Assembly: GCA_049999805.1 (NCBI GenBank)
Contig: JBNGIO010005089.1
Span: 1 to 38,383, forward strand
From: Folioceros fuciformis
Taxonomy: Eukaryota
Reading direction: 5' to 3'
Length of the DNA stretch: 38,383 bases
The translations under genes and the position numbers were made by a program. Below are positions 1-12,322 of this stretch, piece after piece. Within the stretch, counting starts at the first letter, position 1. Each line of letters begins with the position of its first letter. The notes beneath the pieces are model-generated. The model worked only from the letters and a program-made list of their open reading frames with translations. It was not told the DNA's origin and searched no databases.

Positions 1-3000
1 GGAACAGACTCTGGAGAGGGGGACTCAACTTTTGGGCAGTTCTGGAAACCGGTGATAGTAACGTAACTGCAACATTGAATGATACGATGGATGGCGCATA
101 CCTACTGTCTTATACCCATACAGTCAGTGGCAATCACACTATTCTGGCCTTTCTTGATGAGGAGCTGTTTTTCCAGGATTATGTTGTGGTTTATCCTGCT
201 GATGCTGATGTTGAGAGTACAAAACTTACGCTCAATTCCAATGGTTGTACGGTCGGCACCTGTTTTTTCAAGATTCAGCTCTTTGACCAGTTTCATAACA
301 ACGTTTCAATTGATGCTCTGGTACGCTCTGGGCTGGTGCTGTTCTTAGCATCGGACGACATTCCCCCTACATTCACTGCCCCCTACCCTTTTGTTGACAA
401 CAATGGGTTGCAATATGACGTGTATTTCAATACGAATCGCACCGGGGTTGTGCAAGTCCGGGTCAATGTCCTGGGGAAAGCTGTCAGAGATCCTTTTCTT
501 ATGCGCGTATTTCCGGGCAATCCGGATCCGCGCAAATTTGTCTTACTCGGAGCCGGCATTAATTCTGGTGGAGTAGTGAATCAGGTATGTCGTATGGGAT
601 AAGTTGTGAAACCTGCACGTGGAAGAGTGATCTGTTTCGCTCGGCTGCTTTTCTGTTTTCCCTGAAAGGGATCTCTTTTGTTGCTGACAGCAGTTTTCTT
701 GTCTGATCTTACAGCCTACCCTTTTCTATGTCCGCCTCATGGACTTTGGGAACAATATTGTGGTGACATGGCCTTCTAATATCTTAACCGCTGCATTCAG
801 TCCAGCATCAGTTGTGCCAAGCCCTCCCATCGTTACACAAATATGGAATGGGACAGCTCAGATTTCGTATGTGCCTGTCCTCGCTACGACCAACTTGGCA
901 GTTTCCCTCATGTATGGTGGGAAAGTGGTGGGACCAACAAGGTATGTTGCCGCTCAGAGACCGGTAGCCCATATTTATCAATTCTTACTTCATTTTTGCC
1001 GATCCTAACATGGATTGATTTGGCCTAGGTATGTGAGAGTGAAGTCACGGATTGGATCATGGTCCGTGAAAGACAGTGTCGCCCTTGATTCTCTGGGAGT
1101 GCCTATTGATCCGTTACGACCGGTAATGGGAGTGGTAGGCACTGACTTAATTCTGAATATCCAGCCCCGAGATGCTGATGGCATTGACTTGCCTGGATCT
1201 CCAGATCCAGGCACTGTTTCATTTGCTGTTAGAATTGGAGACAGATCATTTCCTGTTGGACCAACGAAGAAAGGACCTTTTGGATTTATCGTGAATCTCT
1301 TAGTGTCTCAAAAGTATGTTGTGGAGATCACGTCCCTTGACGGCAGCCTATTCATCAAAAACAGTGGATTTGTGGTGTTCCTCGTCCCTGGCCCTTCTCA
1401 CCCTTCAAGGACGTTGTATCTGAAATCTGTGTCAAGGTTCCTAACCTATGCACCGGACACTTATGCACCAGACACGTTGTACAACGAGGGTATAACATTT
1501 GATGAGCATGATGTCATTCAAGTGGGCAGTGAGCTAGCTATTACTCTGGTTCCATGTGACAAGTTTGGTAATCCCAAACTTTTCCAGCGTATACAAGGAG
1601 GGGATGCATTCACTGCACGAGCTATTCATATTCCCAGTTCTTCCCTGAGCAGTGCCTCAGTTTCGGTGAATAGTAGTGGTGCATTTAAGGTTTTGTATTT
1701 CACTCCGCTATTTGGAGGGATCTATGAATTGTCCATCTTCATGAATGGTGTACAAGCAAGAGCATTTTCCATTGCAGTGGAGTCCTCCCGTATTGATTTC
1801 TCAGAATTTGTCCTGTGGCCCTTGGACGACCTGGAAGCCGGGAAGCTAAGTGTTCTAGAGCTGGTATGCTTTTCTGCTCCGCTGAGGTCATTCCATGTTG
1901 TCATTCATTTGCTTTTGGGGATGTTAGGTCAGCTCCTGTTATGCGTTTTCTGATGTGAGTACGTATGTGGTCGACGTATGGTGGCACCAAACAGCATCAC
2001 AATGGTGTATACCTCATTCCAAACTTGATTGAGCATCTATTTGTCGAGTTTCACTCCCACATGAATGGTCTAAAGTTTTCAGCTGCCATTGAACCTGCGG
2101 ACAAGAGTTCCTCCTTCTCCATCTCGACACTTATCACAGTTGCAGATGTCTATGATGTTGTGCTCATCAATTCCCAAACACAAATTACTGGAGAGGGGCC
2201 TTTGTCTACAGTAGTTGGAACAGTGGAGATCGTTCCTGGAGCTATTTCGAATTTGACAAGTACAGTAAATGTATCACCTTCCTTCACTCGTGCAGGTGAC
2301 GAAATCCTACTCTCGGTAATGGGAAGAGATGTTTGTGGGAATTTAAACTGTTCTTTGCCTCTGGTTCTCTCGAGTCCCCCCTATTCACTGCATGTGGACT
2401 TCGGATGTACTGGAAATTTTTCTACAACTGTACAACTCTACCCTCAACCCAGGGAGTATTCTGGTTCTATTCGATTCACTCCAACAAGTCCTGGGTCGGT
2501 TAACATATCCATCATCTGGGTTAACACCGTCATAAAGGTTCAGATTGATGTCCTGAGCTATCATTCTCCCACTCTCATCGGTGCCATATTGTCCGATAAT
2601 CTCAACAGAATAAGGGTCTTATTTGACGAAGACACAGACAGTGGTAGGCTGAACTTTCCAATGCCTGTGCATTGGATTTTCTGAATGCCTCGGGCTTACC
2701 AGACTTTGATGATTTCCCGTCTCCGTGCAGGCTATTTCAGTGGAGCGTTCAACCTCAGTGGCGCAGATAGATGTGCAGCTTTTCTTGATGTCTCTGTTCT
2801 CCCAAAGCTCGGCTCAAACCCCTTGTGCACTTTCTATGATCCTAGGACACTCATCATTTCACTAGGATATGCTTCCCGAATTCTTCCCGCTGATTCCGGC
2901 TCGGGTGACTACATTACTATCAACGGTGGCAGCATTTTAAATGCTGAGGGTAATACTACTGCACTGTTGTTTTAGCAGTTGGTCTGGAAAACTGACTGTC

Positions 3001-6000
3001 ATGGAGTGTCATTCATTGGAATAATCCCAACGTTTGATAGAATAATTGATGATGACAATCAGGTACTTCTGATCCTGTGAAAGGACGGGTCCCCTTGCAG
3101 CAGCCTAACAGTCCTATTTCACCTGTTGCGAACCTCATTTGCCCAACTGCCATTGGCCCCTGTGATCCCCTATTCCTGGATGCCTCAGCTTCATCTGGGT
3201 CAGGGGGACGTGCCATGATATTCTCATTTTCAGTGCAGGGATCTGGTGATCAAAGTATAGTAAATTATGTGAGAGCTGTCTTGAGGAACTCCCCTTTAGA
3301 TCAAATGTGTGTTACGCTTAACCCAGGCATGCTTCAACAAGGTGAGGTCTATAAGTTCACACTGATTGTGGTAAACTTTAGAGGAGACTCGGCCAGCACC
3401 TCCAGGAGTGTGAAGGCGACTGCAAGTCCGGTCCCTTTACTTTCCATCTTCGGGTCTGATCAGGTGATGAATAAAATTTTGTCTTGCACTGGTCCTTCAC
3501 GGATTGAACAGGTCACGACGTTGGTAGCAAACGCGTCCCTAACCTTGTCATCGTTGTTTGAAGCAGATCCGGACCCGTTCTGAACTGATTCAAATTGAAG
3601 CAATTGGGACTCTTCCTTCCTCCAAGTCTGTTGATATATCTGGAAAATGCGTTAATGGTTCCAGCACTGCTGCGGCTTTATCTTCAACACTCGGTTATCA
3701 ATGGTCACAGTCAGCGGGAAAACTACTTGACCTGAAGGCTACAATTTTGAATGAGCGAGTGTTGAGCATACCAGGGAATCAGTTTGACACCAACAGTACC
3801 TACGCATTCATGGTTACATGCTACTTTGTTGGCTTCCCATCGATGCAATCGACGGCAGAGATAATTTTAACTTTTAAGTCTTCCTTCTTATTGTTGAGAA
3901 TCATAGGAGGAAGCAGAACTGTCAACTCAGCTGAAAGCTTTAAGTTAGAAGCCGTTGTGATCGATCCAGACGATTCTATTGATCCCTATAGCCTTCATTA
4001 CCAGATCGAGTATACTTGGAGGTGCGAACCTGACTTGGGGTCCAATGCCTTGTTCCTGTTTGAGAACCAACTATCTAATGATTATGGAAGAATAATTACT
4101 ATACCTGCTGGAGTACTTGGCACTGGGACATACAACTTTTCGGTATTGGTTTTATTCGTTTTCCTGTGATGGTTTTTGTTTTTTCGTTTTTTGTCTGTAT
4201 GCAATATTTTCGGTCTGTTGGCAATGTTTTTGCTGCTGTTGTCTTTGCAGGTGACTGTGAATAAGGAACCATTAACTGAAGGAAGAACTGGAGTGACTGC
4301 ATCATCCCTAATTGATGCCAGTCCATCTTATCTTCTCTCGGTGTCTTTGGTTCTCCAAAACGCAGCAGAATCTGCTCGCGGCATGTCAAGTGCTCAGGAG
4401 GTTATGCTGTCGTGTCTTTCCAAAGGGCTTAATCTGACGTGGTCCATCCAGTCAGGAACTGACCGACGGACGTTCTCAGATATTACAGCTGCTGCTATGG
4501 GACAACGTAATCTATTTATTCCGCCGCACACATTAGTCGGAGGTGCCTCGTACACTGTCTTCTGTTCTGCGAAGTCTGAAAGAGCTCACGGTGTTGCAAA
4601 GGTTGACTTCACAACGTGGTTTGATCCCTCTGGAGGCAGTGTATTGCTGACTCGATATCCTCGCGATGGGCCTGACATAGCTGGGCAGACACTTTATACA
4701 TTGGTGGCTCATGGATGGACACAGGATCAGGGGCAAGGAGCACTACAGTATGAGTTCAGATACATTACTGACAATAATACGCAAACAGTCATCCAGCGGT
4801 TATCGACTGTGAACGTAGCCCTTTTCTTCGTTCCCAAACCTGGATTGGTTACTTTCCAAGTATATGTGGCAAATCCTGGCCTTGTTGCTGTCAGGAGTGA
4901 AGATGCACCTCAGGGTACCTTGTATCAGCTGCCAAGCATAATTGTGATGGATTCTGGATCTAGAAGCAAATCTACAAAGGTTACTGGACGAAGTCTTCTG
5001 TCAACGAACTCATCAAATCCTTTGGTGGATAAGATTTTCATTCCAAGGGAGAGTCAAGATCACTATCACAGCGCACTGGAGGTAAGCGAGATTTTCGGTT
5101 CTCACTATATCGGTGAACGCTCACTTAACTGCTCACGGGAACCAGGCGTTGCCCAGATTTGTAAATGACATGCTCAGCATAATATCTACTGCAGACCCTT
5201 GGTACCCTCCTCCCTTTTTGAGTGACAATGTATCGGTAGGCACAGGACTTCATATGGCACTTGTAATCGCCTGTGCGTGCATCAAGATTGTTGGCAGCCC
5301 AGGAAATATGAGCGACAATGAACTCCATTCGTCCTTAGGTCTAGTCATTAATAACCTGCAGCCAATCGCTCTGCATCGACTTAAAGTATCATCTGTTTCA
5401 GGTTATAAAGAGGTCTTGGCTTGTGCTTTTGCATATATCTTGGTTTTCCAATATTTTACCATGTGCCGTCCTTCTCATTGCAGGACAACCGTACATCTTC
5501 ATCATCTTTGATGTAGTGGATGCTCTCCTGAATGCTGTACATCCTTGGTGCACTATGATCAGGGTCAGTGTCATGCATTTGGTCTCTAAAATATTCTGGC
5601 ACAGATTGGGGCAAACAACATGGGGTTGGGTGTGCAGCTCCAACGTATGTTTTTCGTGCGTCGTTCTCTCTTCTATCCGCTCAACAAGATCTACCTGAAG
5701 AAGGTGCATCAGTCAACTTCACTGGAAGTGTTGAAAACTTCAGATTTGATGTGAATCTACTCACCCCAGTTCCAAGGCAGTGTTAGTGTTGCTTTGGCAT
5801 GTTTTCCATCATTTGCACTACTTTTCGCCTGGATAGCTAGCTTCCTACTTCTACAAGGATTTACCATCAGTTATTGAGGTCCGTGAGTTGGCATTGTTGA
5901 GTCCAGAGGTCGGGCTCACGCACTTGATATCCTTGTTTGTGTCATTCCCCGATCTCGTACCACCCCTCAAAGATACGGTCAAAATACTTCACTTCGCAAG

Positions 6001-6198
6001 CGGCACTCCGAGTTGGAATGGCTTCACGGATAGCAACTGACGGACGGCACTGTGTCACTGCAGTTGATGACAGATTCTAACACTGTATCTAGGCTGGTGC
6101 TAGCCCAGGTTGCTAGTAGTGCATCAACCAGCTTCTCTTCAAAGATGCATACCTTGCTGTTACCTGGGTTTGCTCTAGTATGGCTGCAGTGCTGGTGA
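1..6198 (+). CDS. Large multi-exon extracellular protein (5'-truncated by window): filamin/Ig-like repeats followed by a PKD/REJ-like domain and a probable hydrophobic C-terminal tail
   Basis: Successive + ORFs join in frame across GT-AG introns (e.g. NQ|PTLFYV ~586-714, TR|YV ~942-1029, DS|GYF ~2643-2730, DQ|IRT ~3464-3566, FS|VTV ~4143-4250, ALE|ALP 5082-5145). Filamin-like motifs: 'NDTMDGAYLLSYT..SGNHTI', 'LVPCDKFGN..GGDAF..FTPLFGGIYELSIFMNG'. REJ-like motifs: 'LFLDASASSGSGGR', 'YKFTLIVVNFRG', 'LGYQWSQ', 'IIGGSRTV..IDPDD..YTWRC', 'NLFIPPHTLVGGASY', 'PSGGSV..GQTLYTLVAHGW..LQYEFRY'. Splicing after ~5560 is ambiguous; putative last exon 6034-6198 ends ...LLLPGFALVWLQCW*. Confidence 0.75.
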
Positions 6199-6830
6199 AC
6201 TCTCGTCGTGTTCAGGTTTTCTGCTACGGCCTGCAGCTGGATGGAATCAGGTCAAACCCTGTGTCTTCCACTTCGAAGGCAATATCTGGAATCACACTTC
6301 TTCAGAAAACGTGGTAGACTTCTTAATCTGGTTATTGCTAATGTTGAAAGGGTTCTGCAGGAAAATGCACGGATGGACAAGTAGAGAAGTATTTTCTCTG
6401 ACGCGGCTCAGTTATGCTTTGACGGATAGTTCGCTCGCACTGTTACCGTCCATGTAAGATGTTCTACTCAAATCCTAAACTGTTCGCACCCCTCACAGTC
6501 ATTTGCTGCATGGGGCTTTTCCACTGTTTATCCGGCATCGCAGGTATTGTGTAAAGATCATTGTCCATTGTTACACTGTCCGCTGGAGGCTAGTGATACG
6601 TTATCCTTCAATGAATTTTTGTTCGTCTGTGTCTTAGTGGTTGTAGTTGTGTCTTTCAATGAATCGCCGTCAAACGTCTGGGGCAGACCTTTCTTGGACG
6701 TATTTGGCTAATTTCAGTACTGCCTAATTGTGGAAGGGCTTTCGTATCTGTGTATAACTTTAAAAGGTTGATAGAACAAGAGTCTGAACCGAAAAACAAG
6801 TTAAATTGTGGGGAAAAGATGCGTATGCGG

Positions 6831-8399
6831 TTATAAGAGGAAAACCTCATATACGAGCCAGCAAAGGAGAGCTTGGAGCAGAACTGATTGTTTGTGACGT
6901 AAGCCGAAGTCCGCAGGTGGGGTGTTGTCAAGCTTGTTGATCTGAGCAAGTATTGTGATGCTGTCGTACAGAGCACCCATAAGGCTTTCTGGTGGCATGC
7001 TGTAGTTCTCTGTCCTTATGGCGTCGGGGGCAAACAACGAACCTTTGACGTTTAGTCCGGTGAAGAAGAGATCCGAGAATTCCCTGTCATTGTTTGCTCG
7101 ATCCATGAGCGCGTTGAACTCATCACGCTCCTCCTGCTTCCAGGACCTGGACACCATGATAGCATGCCCCGGAGCACGCCCAAAGTTGCAACTCAACCAA
7201 TTACTTGTGTCAGTACATTGGTGCTTGCCAGAGGGACAGACAATACGGTAGCTGGAGGAGGCTTGGGGGATTCGCTGTGCGGGAGCGAGTTCCTGCGCGT
7301 ATGCGAGCGGTATGGTGTGTTTGGTAAAGGCGATGTCGCACGCGCCTTCCACCAGACCACGGAAGGCGCCAGCGTAGTCATAATACTCGTCGGCCTCCGT
7401 GCAGCTACTTCCGGACTTGCAGGCACTACAGATGGAAGTTTCCGGATCCGTGCTAGCCGCACACGATTTGGAGAAAAAGGACTTCACGGACTTAATGTCT
7501 GTCTTTCCCTGGCCCCTGCGACAAAATCGTTCCAGTGTGCCTAATTTCAGGCATGATTGATCTCCAAGCTTCGAAATAACTGAGACTGGAGTATGCACAG
7601 GGGGGTCGTACTCACGATGTCACAATAGGCATGACCTTGGAGTCATGGATGAGCTTCGTCACAGGCAGCACCCAGCCGGCAGCTCTGCCATAGCCAGTAT
7701 GGCAGCTCCGTTTTCCCGCTAGCTTCTTCAGGCTTTCAGGACACTGTCCTTCCTTCACCACTCCCACACTGTAATAGAAGTGATCGTTGGAGAGTTCGGA
7801 AATCTCAACTCGAATGGGTTCCAATTGGAATTCGTCGCTAGCAGCAGTGAAGATCTCAGCCCCGTCCAGAGTCAAAAATGTCGCATAGCCATCCCTCACC
7901 ATCTGCATGCAGCCTTCCTCTCGCCTTCCTACTGTGCTGTACTGCACACATATAGGTCCAGCCTGGAGTCAAAAGTTCAAAATCAGAGTCCCAGTCACTC
8001 CAAATCGACATCACCATTTACCAGGCATGCGAATGTGCGGGGTTTGCATCGAGCCGATCCAGAATTGCCACCATCTGCTCACACTTCTCCTTGTCGGATA
8101 TGTCTTCGACACACCACGTCCACACTGCCTCCCTCCCGGTCAAGCACCGTAAGCCACACCACACCACACCACACCACACCACGTCAGAGCCATGGCCACG
8201 GTGACCTCACATGCATAGTCTGCTTGAATCGAGTACGTTCTATCCTTTTCAGAGGAACGTGCTGCACTGATTCTGAATTTCATGCACGATATGTTATCAT
8301 GTAACAACCTTGAGGCTCGGAACTTGGCTCAAGAGAACTCTGAGCAAGTGCAAATCGAAGAGCAAACAGAGCCAGGACTTCAACACCACGCAATGGCAT
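6831..8399 (-). CDS. Single-lobe transferrin-family protein with signal peptide and hydrophobic C-terminal (GPI-like) tail
   Basis: Exons ~8399-8309 (MPLRGVEVLALFALRFALAQ), ~8130-8022 (VWTWCVEDISDKEKCEQM..HAC), 7936-7616 and 7515-6831. Transferrin motifs: 'TLDG', 'YYSVGVVK', 'LAGKRSCHTGYGRAAGW', 'FFSKSC', 'YYDYAGAFRGLVEG..DIAFTKH', 'CNFGRAPGHAIM'. Linkage between the first two exons is not fully resolved. Confidence 0.9.
8155..8182. repeat. (CCACA)n pentanucleotide microsatellite in a transferrin intron
   Basis: ccacaccacaccacaccacaccacacca visible directly. Confidence 0.85.
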
Positions 8400-10028
8400 G
8401 GTCGCAATCAAGCCCTTGCCGTATCCTGTCAGGGACTTCCGTCTCGGTGGAAAATTCGAAGCTATCGCCATCGCCTCAACCTTCACAGAATGCGGAACGC
8501 ATATATTGAAAACGCTGAAAGTTCAAGACTTCCGGAAACGACGTCCGCCCGCGAGATGAAGCTGTAATTTCTGACTTGATTCACTTTACATACTGTTCCA
8601 AGTTCCTTGGGCCGAGCCCACTTTCTCCACGGTTGTATTTGTCGCGCACTTACCATCCACTAAAATGTTATCCTCAGGCCACCCTCAGGCCGCTACGGTA
8701 CTTGCTGTGACCTCACATGCGTGGAATATGCACCTATAAAAGATGCTTTCCTGCATCTTCCAAGGCTGTTAACTGTATCGTTGTGTGCTCAACGAATATA
8801 AGTCTTCTACCAGGTGATAATTCTAATGTATTATAATTAATATTAATATAAAAATCATTTAAGTTCCTTCTCATCCAATAGTTATCCATAATTTTGTGCC
8901 AAAAAGATGGCTTTGTGGTGTGAATTGTTTCTAATAATCGCATGGGATAACTTGGAATCCAAGAAAAGAACCAGAATATTATCAGGTGGAAAATCATGTG
9001 TAATATATCATATTATGATCCTAAAAATTATCCATATTTATTTTTAAAAGTTATGTTATCATAAAAATAATATGTACATGATAAATTATATGGTTTAAGT
9101 ATTTTAGAACAATAGAACATAGCACTTTCAATGTATTTGAAATTATCTTCTTTTTTTCTTTTCTTTTTTTTAGTTTTGCTCTAATGTACCTGGGTATACA
9201 TGCACCTAAACCAACCCTACTTCTAACTGAGTGTCTTCAGCACAAGTTGTTAGCATGTCCTTGTATAATGAGAGTGTACACTCATATCCATTGCACAATG
9301 TTTTCTAAAAAGTGATGAATTATAGAAATGCAGCTTGAATTGCTAGTCTTCCAAATGGCACTAAACAAGCCTTCTGGAATCCACACAAAGGATATCTACA
9401 GACCTTGTTCAACAAGCAAAGGGACCAAATTTAGGTGTTGGTTTGAAGGATGGACTAGCCTATTGTAGGGAATGAGCCTTGACGGCAAGAACATTGGTAG
9501 TCGAACGGACTTGGGAGTTAGAGGCTTCAGCTTCAAATTTCGAGCCACGAAGAGTCTTGGAGTTGAAGATCATGGTTGTCAAAGAGGTTGCAGAGGAAGG
9601 AGTTGGAGGACCTCTATCACACAGTGGAAGATAAGGTAGCCAAGCATGCAATAGTTTTGACGAATGATGGAGAACGGATTTAGCAGAAACCTATTCTATG
9701 GAGAACAAACCTACCCTTTACTACTTGGATGCATTTCTTATTGTGCAATTGTGGTTCTAAGTTGGTCTCCTCTATCTCATATTGTGACCTTTCATGCACC
9801 TCTCCTTCTGCCTTTCATGCATCCAATCCTTCAATTGTGTTTTCCTATCAATGCCTTTGCTTGAACCTTATGCAAAGAAGATTACACAAGTAGGAAAGAA
9901 GAATAGGACTTGGTACTTAACAACTTCTATACCAAAGACACCCTTTCCTTTCAAGCTCTAAGAGCGCGGGATGCTTAATTCCAGAGTAATGCACTGGCTA
10001 TAACATTTTAAACTTCATTTCCTAAAAA

Positions 10029-10122
10029 TAAGAGTTACGCCGAGATTTTGAGATTCATTCACCAAACGTAAGAGTCACACCGAGATTTTTAAACTCTATT
10101 CACTACACGTAAGAGTTAAGCC
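10029..10122. repeat. Imperfect ~40-bp tandem repeat (2 copies + partial)
   Basis: 'taagagt(t/c)ac(g/a)ccgagatttt...attcac..acg' starts at 10029 and 10069, with a partial third copy at 10110. Confidence 0.7.
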
Positions 10123-10840
10123 AGTATCTTTCATTGCGGAGTCGTAGGAGTAGGAACCCTCAACCCTGTCGGGGTACATTGCGTGTCCATGGTATCGGGT
10201 ATCGGGCATGGCCGTGATCTCCTGCTCTTCTGACTGAAAGATCTGCAAGCGGGGTGCCAACCTCGGCTGCCAGGATTGGGCTCCACCTCGCTGGGAACTT
10301 TGGGTCGTAATTCCGAACCATTGGCTGTTGGAATTGCAGTGGATCAGTGGGCTGTGGTGGTTGCGGTGCTTTCCGAGAAGAGCGGCGTGATGCCTGTGCA
10401 ACGAAGTGCTTGATCCCAAGTCTGAGATCTCCTCGCGAGGGTTGGGAACCTGGAGCGGAGTGGGTTTTGCCGCGAGGACTGCTTCACTACAGGTCAAAAC
10501 CCTACCAATTTGCGGGCTTTTCGATGTTTCGGAATTGCGTTTGTGCATGGCTGTGTGTCCTGTCCTGGAGGAAAAATTGTCTCTTGCGTGCTGTGCTGTC
10601 ACGGTGGTGCATTTGAGCTAGGCGAGCGTAGAGAATCTGCAGGCAGTGTCTCAAAGAAGGGTGAAGGGCCACAGCTGCTTGCTGTCGCGCATGTCTGAGA
10701 TTTTGTACGGCTGATGTATGTTGGAGCTAGGTGAGGACAGTAGACGTGTTTGGACCTTGATATGGCGGTTGTTTCTGCATGAAAGATTCCTTCGCCGGGA
10801 CCGTGAGATTTTCTCCTCTGTTGTAGGGGTGGCATTAGGA

Positions 10841-10940
10841 NNNNNNNNNNNNNNNNNNNNNNNNNNNNNNNNNNNNNNNNNNNNNNNNNNNNNNNNNNNN
10901 NNNNNNNNNNNNNNNNNNNNNNNNNNNNNNNNNNNNNNNN
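10841..10940. other. Assembly gap (100 N)
   Basis: N run; 'gtggcattagga' appears on both sides. Confidence 0.99.
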
Positions 10941-11143
10941 GTGGCATTAGGATGTGTAGATGTGTTTGGTGGGATCCTGATTGTTTTGGTTCTTAGACCA
11001 GCTGACTTGACAACTTGTACTGCAAGTGGTCTAGTCTTGTTGTACCAGGAACGGAATTCTTTTTATTCTCCTGCCTTGTGAGTTTTGGTTTCAAGTTGGT
11101 GTGCTCTTCTTGAGTGTAGAAGCCCTGAAGAGTAACAAGAAGA

Positions 11144-12271
11144 ATGGACAGTAACAAGGATGACGGCAGGAGATGTTTTGAGATTGGGCAAGCTGCGTTA
11201 GAGAGAGGAGATAAGGTTCGTGCCGTGAAATTTTTGACTAAGGCTCAGCGGCTGTTCCCGACTCCTCAAGTCGATGCTCTTCTCAAAATTGTGAACGGAG
11301 AGGATGGGAAGCAGGGATCAGAGGAGACAACTTCAGAAAATGGAGATGTGCAGAGGCCACTGTCTACAGCTAATGACGATGGAGAAAGCAGCGCGTCACA
11401 TGATTCCAGAGCTCACCGTCACAGTAACGGTGTGCATCAGTCTAATGGATCCAGTGCATCAGGCCCCACAGTTGAGCAGGTGGAAGTTGTGCGACGTGTG
11501 AGGAGAACCAAGGATTTCTACGAGATTCTGGGCGTATCGAAGACATGCTCAGAAGAGGAGGTAAGGAAAGCGTATCGGAAACTGTCTTTGAAGGTCCACC
11601 CCGACAAAAATAAAGCACAAGGTGCTGAGGAGGCATTCAAGGCGGTGTCAAAAGCGTTCATGTGCTTGAGTAATGCAGAGCGCAGGGCAAAATATGACCA
11701 GTGTCCAGAGGCGGAAGATGGCACTGAGGCTGCGCGTCAGAATCCATTTATGAGGCGGCGCCATGGAAACCCCATGTACTATGAGGACGTGTTTGATGCC
11801 AACGATATTTTCAACAGCTTTTTCTTCAGCGAGAATGGGGCGTTTCGAAGGGTTCATGTGAGGACCCCAGGTGCTCGTGCTGGGCGGACAGACACGCCTT
11901 CCAATAATCTGTTGGGTCTTCTGCAGTTGCTTCCAATCATTGCCTTGTTTGTTTTCACCTACTTCCCATTTTCTCGACCTGAGTATTCTTTAGAACAAGG
12001 TTCCCCTTACAACGTCCCGCAGGTAACTAGTAACCATGGGATCCAGTACTATGTGAGGTCGCCAACATTTGAGAAGGATTATCCAGTGGGAAGCCCTTCA
12101 AGAAGGTCACTTGAATATCAAGTGGAGAGCGAGTTCAAAGACTATCTTGTGCAGAGGTGCAAGTACGAACTCATGAATGCTCGTAGGTGGCGTGTAACAA
12201 GAGCTCAACAGTTAGCAGACAGTCCTGCTTGTGTAAGGCTGGAGCAGCAGTTGAAAGTACGGGTCTTTTAG
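11144..12271 (+). CDS. DnaJ/Hsp40 membrane co-chaperone of the DNAJB12/14 (plant DnaJ 49-like) type; intronless CDS
   Basis: N-terminal 'MDSNKDDGRRC..A..FLTKAQRLFP', J-domain 'DFYEILGV..RKAYRKLSLKVHPDKNKAQGAEEAFKAV', TM segment 'LLQLLPIIALFVFTYFPF', DUF1977-like tail 'YYVRSPTFEKDYP..LEYQVE..RC..PACVRL'. Confidence 0.95.
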   Translation: MDSNKDDGRRCFEIGQAALERGDKVRAVKFLTKAQRLFPTPQVDALLKIVNGEDGKQGSEETTSENGDVQRPLSTANDDGESSASHDSRAHRHSNGVHQSNGSSASGPTVEQVEVVRRVRRTKDFYEILGVSKTCSEEEVRKAYRKLSLKVHPDKNKAQGAEEAFKAVSKAFMCLSNAERRAKYDQCPEAEDGTEAARQNPFMRRRHGNPMYYEDVFDANDIFNSFFFSENGAFRRVHVRTPGARAGRTDTPSNNLLGLLQLLPIIALFVFTYFPFSRPEYSLEQGSPYNVPQVTSNHGIQYYVRSPTFEKDYPVGSPSRRSLEYQVESEFKDYLVQRCKYELMNARRWRVTRAQQLADSPACVRLEQQLKVRVF

Positions 12272-12322
12272 CAAATGGGGCTGGAAGACTGTGAGGGATA
12301 TGGGGGAAAATTGTAAGTTAGT

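Noticed and set aside
1864-1994. Apparent frameshift in the filamin/REJ gene
   Set aside because: An in-frame GT-AG intron (1864-1994) can explain it, so a pseudogene call is not justified.
6010-6070. GPS-like 'W...CHC' motif after the REJ domain
   Set aside because: That frame contains stops on both sides of the motif, and an alternative spliced frame reads openly to 6198.
8790-9200. AT-rich island as a possible MITE
   Set aside because: No terminal inverted repeats or target-site duplication could be identified.
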